From positions 75,826,001-75,890,000 of the forward strand of contig OZ024745.1 in NCBI GenBank assembly GCA_964016885.1: a stretch of DNA of 64,000 nt. Reading direction: 5' to 3'. Each line of letters starts with the position of its first letter. The first letter of the stretch is position 1. Both the position numbers and the translations under genes were made by a program. Positions 53,060 to 64,000 of the stretch are shown here, piece after piece. The notes below the pieces were generated by a model that saw nothing but the letters and a program-made list of their open reading frames with translations, was not told where the DNA came from and did no database searches. This stretch comes from Eledone cirrhosa (Eukaryota).

Positions 53060-55724
53060 ACAAAGAACTAAATGAAGATTGTCTGGTTGAAGTCAAACAG
53101 TATCAAACAGGTCAATACATCTCCATTAATGAAGCTATCTGGTGGATCTTTGGATTTTATACCCACCAATGCCACCCAGCAGTGATCAACCTAGCAGTCC
53201 ACCTGAAGAATGGACAGAGTGTACTTCCGTGAGATGACTGCTCATCAATTGGCATAAGCACCACCTGACACTACTCTAACTGCTTTTTTAAAACTCTGCC
53301 AGAATGACGTATTTGCTAGATCCATCCTGTATGCAGTCATCTCAACATACTACTCCTGGACCAATTGCAAGACCTGGTTTGAAGGAAGCAGGGTCATTTA
53401 GTGAAGGTTATGAAGTCAAGGCAAGTGATGCTATTGGGCATGTTTACAATGACCACCCCAACAACAGAGTGTTTTTATTTATGGCTACTTCTGTATATTG
53501 TTCAAGGACCAATGTCATTTGAGGATCTCAAGTACACAACATATCAAGGAGTATGCAAACAGCATGGACTCCTGCATGACAATGGGCATTGGAAGAGCCT
53601 AGAAGCAGCAGCAATCACTCAAGTAACCAGTCAAATAAGACAGTTGCTTGCTATTATACTCACAGCATGTGGAATTGACGGTGCTCATCTACTTTGGCAG
53701 GAGTATAAAAACAATATGTCGGATGACTATCTATACCTAGCTCAAAGACATCATGGCAATATGTATAAGGAATATACCCCAGAATTTACAATCAAGCTCT
53801 GCGACTTGTCCCACCGAGCTTAGGCAATGAGTAGCACATTAGCTAACTGTGGGATGCCAGAGCCGGATGAAGAAATGGAGGTAGCACAAGATGCTTTTCA
53901 GGAGACAAACTACAATATTCAAGCTCTGCGTAAATTTGTGGATGAAAATGAACCTCGATTGGTGGATGAACAGAAATACGCCTACCACAAAATCAATGAA
54001 AATATTCAAGATGACAGGGGAGGACTTTTCTTCATCGATGCTGCTGCTGGCACAGGTAAGACATTCCTCATAAACCTCTTGCTTGCAAAAGTTTGCCAAA
54101 AGCAACATATTGCCCTTGCTGTGGCTTCAAGTGGCATTGTAGCAACACTTCTGGATGAAGGAAGAACTGCCACGCTCCGTGTTTAAGCTGCCCATAGACC
54201 TCCCATGACCTGATCAATCTTTTTTCAAGAAGAATTCACCCAAAGACAAGTTTCTGCAAACATGCAAGCTGATAATTTGGGATGAAGCCACCATGAACTA
54301 TAAACGAGCAATTGAAGTTTAGGCCCGGACAATAAAGGATCTGAGATAAAATACTTGCATTATAGGAAGAATGTCAATGGTTCTTGCTGGTGGTTTCAGA
54401 CAATCTCTGCCTGTAATTCCCTGAGGAATCCGAGCTGATTAGGTCAATGTCTGTCTGAAAACATCCTATCTCTAGCCCCACTTTTAATGACTGAGCCTTA
54501 CAACCAATATGCAAGTGCACTTCACAGGTGATGAAGTGAGTTTGCCATCCAACTACTTAGATTCAGATCAGACAATGTGATTCCAAATGTCTTTGGGAAC
54601 AAGCAATCTTAGCACTGAAAAATGTTGATGTGAAAGAAATCAACAGAAGGCTGTTGAACATGTTACCAGGAGAGAAAAGATGTTACAAATCAGTTGACAC
54701 AATCACTTCCCAAGACCAGGTTGTAAATTAGCCAACTGAATTTTCTTTTAACAGTCTTGAACAAGCAGGAATTCTTCCACACAACCTGATACTGAAGCTT
54801 GGCGTATCAGTTATGCTACTTCGTAATCTGGATCCTCCAAAACTTTAATGTGCCATAAGACTCATCATCAAAAATATGATGCTCAATGTCCTAGAAGTCG
54901 CAATGATGTCAGGAAAATTTGCTGGTGACAATTGTTTCATTCCCAGAATACCTCTGAAGGCAATTGATTTGCCATTTGAATTTCAAAGGCTTCAATTTCC
55001 TATCAGACTGAGTTTTGCCTTTCAATAGCAGTCATTGAGAGTTGTTGGGTTGAACCTGTCTTTTCCCATGATCAGTTCTATGTTAGTACTACAAGGTTTG
55101 GAAACCCTTATTGTCTCTTCATTGTAGCACCACAGGGCAAAACCAAGAATGTTGTTAATCCAGAGGCTTTGGAATGAGCAATATTGTAATTCCTCATTCA
55201 ATGACAATAAATCCTAATTCCTAGGTCATATAGTTTGAAAGGAATTCTGAAGTCGCAATTTTACTGCATAGTGTTATTTTGGAAGAATATGCAGGCATTC
55301 TATGTGATACCTCGATCTACTAGACATATTAGCAAAATCCGTTTCAAATCATAGCCAATGGTCTAACACACACACACATACATACATACATATGAGTGTG
55401 TGTGTATGTAATGGGAGCCTAAATAACTGTTTGTGTACCTATAAGAAATAGAAAACAAATCCTACTGCCATAGAGGCAATGGTTGGTAAAAGCTACAATG
55501 TAAAAATTTAAATACACTTTCCTGAATTACAAAAATTAGTAAGTAAATGCTTCATTCATTCATAAACCAATGCCAAATTTATTTTTTATTTTATTTCATT
55601 AATGGTTTTCAAAATTTAACTTTAGTTAAAATACAGCAATTATATTTCATTGGTCAAATATTTTGGAATATATGCCAAAATATATTGTAACTTTCATAAA
55701 ATACCCGGGCATCACCTCTGCTAG
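53060..55724 (+). mobile_element. Helitron RepHel pseudogene with putative 3' terminus
   Basis: YISINEAIWWIFGF...HPAVINLAVHLKNGQ, LLLYIVQGPMSFEDLK, PIF1-like FFIDAAAGTGKTFLINLLL...AVASSGIVATLL, IIWDEA, LLRNLDPPKL, RLQFPIRLSFA; ends ccggg...ctgCTAG at 55724. Confidence 0.9.
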
Positions 55725-56560
55725 TCTTATATAATTCTGATTGTTACGACATGTATTCGAATGTTACGCTACGCTTCCGAAGGGAAATAACCTCGTTCGA
55801 ACTATTACCTTTTAATTCTTACCTCTTGTAGTCAAATAGTAAAACAACAAAGATATTCCAGTTTATTGTTATCAACTTTTAACACTTCTGCAAATTCTTT
55901 TGCACAACAAGTTTCATTTTCACTCCAAATTATCTTTTCACACTTCTGCAAGTTTTTGCACTTATAAATGTCATTCTCTCTCCACTTTTAAACAGCCTTC
56001 ACTATGGAACGAAATCGAAAACTAGAAGCAACAAGAGAAAGAATGAGACGATACAGGCAACGGATTAGGGATGAACAAAGAGAGGAAATAAAGGAAAAAA
56101 CTAGACAAAACCAACGGATAAGAAGAACCAATATGACTGAGGAAAAACGTGCAGACTACCTACGGTATCAAAGAGAAAGACAACGGATACGAAGAGGAAA
56201 GATGAGCAGTGAAAAGCGAACTGATTATCTAAGAAAACACCGAGAAAGGGAACAAGAGCGAAGAAATAACATGAACGAAGAAGAACGGGCAGAATATAAG
56301 GAAAAACATCGAGAAAGGAATCGATTACGACGAGATAACATGAACGAAGAACAGTTGCTTAATTTAAGAAATCTTAAAAAAAAAAGACAACGTCAGAGAC
56401 GATTTGGTGCTCGTATGACAAGACGTCAAAATGAACAAGTTGCAGTTGAACCCTACAACACTTTGGAAACGGGCAGATCCAGTTCTTATTGTAACGCTGT
56501 AAGATATGAAAATGAACCTCTAAACTGTTGCCATAACGGTAATGTGTGACTTCTTCCTCT
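55725..56560 (+). mobile_element. 5' part of a second Helitron, with ORF 56004-56549 (RepHel N-terminus)
   Basis: Starts TCTTATATA; 181-aa R/E-rich repeat ORF ending in YCNAVRYENEPLNCCHNGNV, resembling the RepHel N-terminal C..C.A...E...CC..G.V motif. Confidence 0.7.
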
Positions 56561-57392
56561 TGGTAAAATTTACATCAGCTCAGTTATGCTTTATATTATA
56601 GTGTTATTACTAACAATAAATTATCTAAATCTCAATTTTTCGATAGCCTCAATCCGTCGTCGTATTCATTATCATAAACATATTTAAGATAATGAAACGA
56701 TGCTGTGAAGATATATGCATTTATTATAAGTCCTATTTTCGTAACAGATTGAAACGAAAGCAAAATACTTTGTTTCTGTACATATGCTGCTAAAAAGAAT
56801 ATATGTACTATTTCTGAAAAATTTACTTATACAAAAACAGTCCGAACATCTTAAAATGAAACTATACAATTAATTGATATAGGAAATGAGATTCGTAAAA
56901 AACTTTTGTTGTCTGCTAAATTGTTCCGTGATGAAGATATTGGTTTTAACTTTTGGCACAAGACCAACAATTTGGGGGTGAAGCGGAAAGCTAATTATAT
57001 CGACCCTAATACTTAACTAGTACTTTATTTTATCGGTCATAGAAGGACATAGACAGGATTTGAACTCAGAACTTAAAGAGCCGGAACAAATACCACGAGG
57101 CATTTTTTACCGACACACTAACGATTCTGCCAATCCGAGGATAATAAAATATCGCTCGTTCAGAATTTATTACACACATACACCTCTTCAGTCTTAAAAC
57201 AGTATATATGCAGCAACTAAATACATTTTGTTATTTGAGTTTCGGTTTTTCAATTTCTGTCTTAAAATCTTACTTTCGTTTCAAACTGACACGAAATTAA
57301 AAAAAAGATATCTAATTTGTGCATCCCAATAAAAATTTACAAAATATAGTGATTATAAATCTCAATCTTGAAACACTATTTTGCCATCATTA

Positions 57393-58007
57393 TGGTGAAT
57401 TGGCAGTATCGGTAGAGGGTTGGACGCCATGCTTTCTAGCATAGTTACGTCCCTTTACAGTCTGAGTTCAAATCCCACCGAGGTTAACTTTGCCTTTCAT
57501 CCTTACGGGGTCGATAAAATAAAGTACCAGTAATGTATTGGTAATTGCTGGCCTTGTGCCAAAAGTAGAAACAATTATTTTTATCCCGCCGATTGGATTG
57601 GTGGATTGGCAGTATCGGTAGAGGGTCGGATGCCATGCTTTGACGCATAGAGTTACTGCCCTTGCCATTCTGAGTTCAAATCCTGCAGAGGTTAACTTTG
57701 CCTTTCATCCTTACGGGGTCGATAAAATAAAGTACCAGTAATACACTGGAATAATTGCTGGCCTTGTGCCTAAAGTAGAAACAATTATTTTTATCCCGCC
57801 GTGGTTGATTTTGCCTTTCATCCTTACGGGGTCGATAAAATAAAGTACCAGTAATGCACTGGGTAATTGCTGGCCTTGTGCCTAAAGTAGAAACAAGAAA
57901 CAATTATTTTTTAACTTTGCCTTTCATCCTTACGGGGGTCGATAAAATAAAGTACCAGTAATGCACTGGGTTTTGCTGGCCTTGTGCCAAAATAGAAACA
58001 ATTATTT
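57393..58007 (+). repeat. Head-to-tail array of four family A SINE units
   Basis: Units start near 57393, 57600, 57792 and 57911, each ending gtagaaacaattattttt-like; the last two lack the tRNA head. Confidence 0.9.
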
Positions 58008-58705
58008 TTTAGCCTCTGATCAGCTCTAGTAATCAAAAGCGTTCAAACTTTGACACTGCCATCATTTTTTTTTTTTTTTTTTTTCATTGAGAACCTCAGA
58101 CTAGATTGTACAATATGTACTTCTTTAAGATGGTGAGGTTATATTCCATGACAATTTGACTGCTTATTCTAGCAGGCTTCCTCATTGCAAGGCCCTAATC
58201 ACTGAAGATAGTACTTACTTCATAGAGATGAAACATTTAGGTTGATAAACGATGTTCTACAGTGTTTCGTTTAGTATCTTAAGTTATAGCAAAAAAGTTG
58301 TGCCACAATCAACTATCTCTTACATTCCAGCATTCGAAATAAATTTTTTTAAATCAACGTCAAACTATGATGATAAAGAACCGGCTGCTCTATGATGATA
58401 AAGAATCGGTTTCTTGTCGAATTTATAGCGATGGAAACATCTAACATCCAGAATACCCAAACCACCTCCCTTCTTTATTCGATAGGGATAGAGAAAGCCA
58501 CTTGTATGAATGAACCCCGCGAAATAAACTGATTCTTTCAGCACATCCCTCCTTGCTTTCTTCGGGATAATACATTCGTTAATTTGAGACCATGAAACAT
58601 TTGCATGTCCCGCGGTGATTTCCTCGTATCACTAGTACTTTGTTCAATTTACTCCGAAAGACAATGTTAGTATAGCATCCCTGTTTAACTCTTTTGAAGA
58701 TTATT

Positions 58706-58891
58706 ATTTCTACTTTTGGCACAAGGCCGGCAATTATCCCAGTGCATTACTGGTACTTTATTTTATCGACCTCGTAAGGATGAAAGGCAAAGTTAACCTC
58801 GGCGGGATTTGAACTCAGACCATAAAGGGACGTAACTCTTTGCTGCAAAGCATGGCGTCCGACCCTCTACCGATACTGCCAATCCACCGCC
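58706..58891 (-). mobile_element. tRNA-derived SINE family A, full-length copy with 15-bp TSD
   Basis: A-box tggcagtatcgg, B-box gagttcaaatcc, central gcctttcatccttacggggtcgataaaataaagtacc; TSD cttttgaagattatt. Other copies at about 381-556, 3100-3285, 31605-31740, 32313-32498, 35926-36100, 36117-36335, 40258-40365, 40480-40635, 41221-41400, 44768-44942, 56940-57137, 59166-59283, 59408-59575, 60250-60450. Confidence 0.9.
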
Positions 58892-61250
58892 CTTTTGAAG
58901 ATTATTGTTAAATTAAAAGAAACTGCCACAAACTGTGGAATGTATGATGATTGACTGACACAGTATATATTTTGTATCTCTCATTTCTGAGTTCAATTGT
59001 CCTTGTCTTTTATTTCACAAGTACTAGGAGTGCTCTATTGTTGATTCATTTATATTGTTTCGCCTTAAGTCATTCCCGATTAGCAGACCTATGATAAAAG
59101 ACTTCTAATCCTAATCATCTCATCTTTTCCTTTTTATGCATACAACTACATTATCTAATACTGTACGATCTGAGTTCAAATCCCGCCGAGGTTGACTTTG
59201 CCTTTCATCCTTACGGGGTCGATAAAATAAAGTACCAGTAATGCACTGGGTAATTGCTGGCCTTGTGCCAAAAGTAGAAACAATTATCTAATACTGTATA
59301 TCATTTCTATTTTAAATCAGAAAGGTGTGGTTTCTAACAATGTAGTTTCGCAAACAGTTTACCATTTACCAGAGCCACTTATGGTATTCAGAAGGAAGAG
59401 GCTATTTTGCCGGTAAGAGTGTCAGACACCATGCTTTGCAACATAGAGTTGTGGCCCTTTATGGTCTGAGTTCAAATGGCGCCGAGGTCCTTACGGGGTC
59501 GATAAAATAAAGCACCAGCAATGCACTGGAGTCGATTTAACTGACTTTCTCTTCTCCCAAAATTGTTGGTCTTATTATGAAGGCAGGTACTGTTAAAAAT
59601 AATAACACAGATTTAACACAGAAGTTTATATACTTTCACCACCAATTATTAAGACAATTTAAACCCTAACCCAAAACTAACACTATATTTACCGGTAAAA
59701 AAAGGCTTTAAAAGCATGCTTGTCTATTTTACCGAGATCGGCAAAGTAGTCTATTCATATTCAGAAAGATGTGAACAATACTTCTTCCCGTTTACGCAAT
59801 ATGTTTTATTTATCAAAACAAATTAGAAGTGAGATCTCTACAAGACAATAGAAACGGTACAACATAAACACATCAAATCTAGAGCACAAACAATAAGCAG
59901 AGTAAATACAATTAATAATAAATAAAACATACAACACATTACAATCAATTTATATGACACAGTAAAAGTAGTTGTACATTATATGTAATAAAGATATTCA
60001 AACTAAGAGTATCAAATATAGATTTCTAACATTGGCACGTACGAAAAATTGTCATGCCCGAATAATTGTCTTTCTTCGTACTTACGAAGACGGTAAAATG
60101 AGTACCTGCTCTGTACTGCGGTTTAATTGCTTATATTTCTTCTGTAAACATTTTAGCTTTGTGTCAATGCAAAGATTCATTATTGGGGCAAGGGATATGT
60201 TCAAGTGAATAAGGCATTGAGTTAAAGGTTTTAATCTTAATTATTTAAGTAGTTTAGCAGAATCATCAGAGTATTGAACAAAATGCTTGGTAGTATTTGT
60301 TTCATTCTGAGTTCAAATCAGACCGGGTCAACTTTTGCTTTTCATCCTACCAGGTTCGATAAAATAAAGTACCAGCACGGGGTTGATGTAATCGACTTAT
60401 CATCACCACACCCCACCCCATTTCAGCCTTATGCCAAAATTAGAAATCATTATTTAATCCAGTCTGTCTCCTTTCTGATATCAAAACTGCTCGAGAGAAA
60501 TTTGTCTTTCATCCCACCGGAGTTTGTTTTCAGTCATTGTCATAGGTTTCTGAAATATTGGGGATGGAATAAAATAGCATCAGATGACACATAGAGGCCG
60601 ATTTAAATTGGCAAAAATTGGCTTCATATTTAATCAGAAGTATTTATTAGATGAATGACAGAAACGTTAGTCTCATTCTTCTATATTTTGAGTTTAAATC
60701 TGATCAGGGGTCAATAAATTTTAGAGAGGAACTGAGAATAAGACGCTTATAACCTTTCCCAATGTATTGGTTGACTTGTGCTAATTAAATCATCGTTAAA
60801 AGGACAGAAATCATAGAAACCCACCTCGTTGTCAGCGAGTTAACCTTTCCGCCTTTGACAAGCCAGTCGCGTGGATTCATGTAAACAATTGAAATGTGCC
60901 AACAAAACAAACCTGATTCAACAACATTTGATAAAATATATATACATAATAATAATAACCTTGAGAAATCGTGTACTGATAAACTAAGTTAGAAAATGAC
61001 TTTTTAGTCGTGGCAATCAACAGATTTGTTAAAAAGTCATATATGTGTCAATAAGGGTTACAAAACCACCCATTGATGGATATCTAACTTAATAGTAACA
61101 CTAACTTCACACACATATACACACATATATATATACATATACATATGAGATACGTGAATTTTTGGTGTATGTATGTCTATATATACATACACAAAATACA
61201 CCGAATATTCACGCATCTATTTTTTTTCTTACAATAAAAGATTTATTTAC

Positions 61251-61394
61251 CTTATTTTCAAGATCCTCTTTTTGGCAACATAGATTTTTGTAAATATTTT
61301 CAACATTCCGCAGAGATCTAATATCGTCGCCAAATTCTCTATTTAGAGATTCAATCATATTATCCACGTCGCCTTCTTCGCTCGGGGCGGCCAT
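61251..61394 (-). CDS. RINT1: RINT1 (RAD50-interacting protein 1 / Tip20 family, NRZ tethering complex) coding exon 1 of 14
   Basis: ATG at 61394, MAAPSEEGDVDNMIESLNREFGDDIRSLRNVENIYKNLCCQKEDLENK, then AAG|GTAAAT donor, phase 0; CpG-enriched surroundings. Confidence 0.85.
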
Positions 61395-61755
61395 ATTTAC
61401 ATATGTATTTATATATACAGTAGTTACACGTACATGAGTGTGAGATGAAATGAAAGAGATGTAGCAGTTGTTATAGTTTATGTATACGTTCAATACGTAG
61501 AAGGGGAGATAACTTGATATTGAAAGTCAACATAGTGGAGAAGTTAAGGACCGAAACACTCGCTTGAGGACGTTTCTTCTCCGAAGACTTTCTGTTGTCC
61601 AGCTCTCCTGAGTTTCTTACCAGTGTTATAGCCTTATTTGTGTATTTATGAAACAAGGTGTCGAGCGAATATATTATCGGATTTTATATGTACACACAGC
61701 TAGAATTAGGAGTGAAGACACAAAATCTTTATTATAAGCAAGTTTCCGAAGTTCT

Positions 61756-62054
61756 TATGAATACAAAACTCCAGTTTATTGTCAACTAGAATTATTATTG
61801 TAATTTAACTTAACTCTTATTATCTTTTAATATGATAACCATCTTTTAGTTTGAAAACATTGAAAAATACAGTACTAAAAAAAGAAAAGAAAAAGGCCAC
61901 ATGAGTTGCCTTTTTCTTTTCTTTTTTTAGTACTGTATTCTTCAATGTTTTCAAATTAAAAGATCGTAAAAGATGGTTATCATATTAAAATAAGAGTTAA
62001 ATTAAATTATAATAATACTTCAAATTGACAATAAACTGGAATTTTGTATTCATA
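61756..62054. repeat. Foldback palindrome, arms about 140 bp, 10-nt loop
   Basis: tatgaatacaaaa...aaaaaggc cacatgagtt gccttttt...ttttgtattcata. Confidence 0.9.
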
Positions 62055-62215
62055 GCCTCACTTTCGTAGTCTGCTTGCTATTTCCAACACTATGAAGAAT
62101 CGAAATTGTTGAGGAATGTATCTTTAAATATATCTATTCGATATATTTGATTATACTCTCCACATACTTCAATCTCCATACACATCTTTTAAAGCAAAAG
62201 CTTTTTAGGTATTAT

Positions 62216-62952
62216 TATAGAACACCCCCAAACTATTTCAGTGTGAAAAAAATGTTCCTCTTTTTTTTCGTGTGCTATCAACTAATCTAACCTCCAAGAT
62301 TCTGCAGACAACTTTTTTCCCGGAGAATGCAAAGTGGTGGGGTGCATCTCCTCTTCATCGAAGTTTTCCTTACGATTTTTTTTTTTTGCGTCTTATCAAT
62401 GAATATGACCTCCAAACCAGTCGTAAACAACTAGATTCGTAGGTGTGGAGGGGGGGGGGGGGGGATAAGACTATCGGAGTTTCGCAGATCTACACACCTC
62501 TTGTATTTGGTGGAAAATAATTATCTTTCCTTGTTTTTTTTCTCGACCTCTTAGATGCTGGCAATTGACTTTTTTTCCCCCTACTAGGTTTAAGGTTCGT
62601 GTTTTTGTTTTCAGGAGGAAAAAGTTGATTGCAAGCATCTAAGAGGTTCAGAAAAAAAAACAAGATGATTATTTCCCACCAAGAGGTGTGTAGATCTGCG
62701 AAACTCCAATGGCCTTTTCGCCCCCTTTCACCCTACTTTTTCTACAAATCTCGCCGTTTCCGACTTGTTTGAGGGTCCTACTCGTTGATAACACGCGAAA
62801 AAGTCGTAGGGAAAACTCCTAGGTGGGGGGAACCCCACCACACCCACCCGTTCCCCGGGAAAAAAGTCGATTGCCAGAATCTTGGATGTTAGATTAGTTG
62901 ATAGCACACGAAAAAAAATTTCCTACACTGAAATCGAGTGGGGTGTACTATA
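62216..62952. repeat. Older diverged foldback element, arms about 350 bp
   Basis: tatagaacacccc...cgtgtgctatcaactaatctaac...ggagtttcgcagatctacacacctctt mirrored to ...gttagattagttgatagcacacg...ggggtgtactata. Confidence 0.85.
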
Positions 62953-63051
62953 AATTTACCGCTTTTCATATGGATGTCTATGAAAATTTACGTTACTGTT
63001 AGTTTGGTTAGCGTTAAGATTCCGGGGGTTGGGGGGGGGGGGGGGCCTTTA

Positions 63052-63300
63052 TAATAATAATGAAATTATTGTGTACAGTGCTCAGGTGCACTACAACTCA
63101 TCAAAGGTACATGTATAGTACATAGAATAATGTACAAATGTCAGGAAAGTGAACAGTGTATGAGTCATGGTATACACACAGTAGTGTTGATGAATTTCAG
63201 GAAGCATGGAGGTTTTAAAGGATGCAGTGTCTTGGCAGCTAACAACTAATGCAGGTAGTTTGTTCCATGCTTCAGCAACTCTGAGCACGAAAATCATGGA
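63052..63300 (-). mobile_element. CR1/L2-like LINE 3' end
   Basis: LRVAEAWNKLPALVVSCQDTASFK, nearly identical to the end of the 43110-43795 copy. Confidence 0.85.
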
Positions 63301-63509
63301 AAAGTTTTTTTTCAGTTTACAGTTTATCTCAGATACAACTTAGCTTTCTGAAGTTCATTTAAGAAACACATTTGAACGTGATTCCTAATACAGTAAGTTG
63401 AAAATCTTTGAATAACAGATTATCCATGCAATCTGTGCGGGATTGAACCATTGGCGAATAAATCTGTGACCTATGTAAGCTTGCTTACTGAGGAAGGTGA
63501 GTGAGCATT

Positions 63510-64000
63510 GGACACTTTACAGAACAAAAAAAAAAAACCTGTCGAGAATTCAGATGAACTCAAGTGAGTCAACAGCCATCTACCACCTCAAATGGATGGA
63601 GATGCATCAAACTGTGGACATCTACTTTGCAGTGTGTGATGAAAGTTGACCTGGAAAGGCAACTGAATATCACTCAGTCAATGTTGAAACCAGACACCAT
63701 CTTGGTGTTAAGACAACTCGTTCTAGTGGAACTGACCATTGCTTGGGGGAGAGAATGGAGGAGGCACAGGCGGGGAAGAAAGAAAAATACCAGGGGTTAG
63801 TGAAGGACCAGGTGCATGTCAGTAGAGGTTGACAGCTAAGGGTTTTGCAGCTCATTCCTTTAGTAAAGCCTATGGAACTCTTGGCATTACAGAAGCAAAG
63901 AGAAGGTTAGCCTTAAAAACACTGTGGAAGCAGCAGAGAGGGCATCTAGATAGCTATGGCTAAAGAGAAGTGACTGCTCTGGTCAGTTTGACACTGACTA
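63510..64000 (+). mobile_element. Non-LTR retrotransposon restriction-like endonuclease fragment (R2/NeSL-like)
   Basis: LKPDTIL...LVELTIAW, ..AAERASR*LWLKR motifs, frameshifted. Confidence 0.6.

Noticed and set aside
59655-59685. Interstitial telomeric repeat (ccctaaccc)
   Set aside because: Only one or two degenerate units; such motifs are common inside repeats.

Overview
AT-rich, repeat-dense animal genomic DNA, probably a cephalopod (Octopus-like SINE and RTE-LINE families, recognised from memory). It is not prokaryotic and has no CRISPR array. Two intron-rich genes lie in tandem on the minus strand, and I assembled both by hand with phase-consistent GT-AG junctions. RINT1 is complete: 14 coding exons, 61394->25680, 2361 nt = 786 aa, with a minor-spliceosome (U12-type) intron at 42854-44377. 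ZCCHC4 (28S rRNA m6A methyltransferase) has 10 coding exons, 16579->228, and continues past the left edge. Several exons are absent from the supplied ORF track. Introns and the intergenic region are filled with decayed LINEs (RTE, CR1/L2, CRE/REL-type), three SINE families, Tc1/mariner and hAT relics, a nested and tandem Helitron complex, TTAA- and TA-flanked MITEs, and several long foldback palindromes. One palindrome is a 779-bp Merlin-like element whose empty-site paralogue is also in the window. I found no convincing wholly novel protein system. The most interesting signals are the U12 intron, the foldbacks upstream of both start codons, a CTAG|TC Helitron junction with an intact charged N-terminal ORF, and an ETS-rich antisense promoter-like island in RINT1 intron 7. 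Repeat boundaries are approximate unless TSDs are given.
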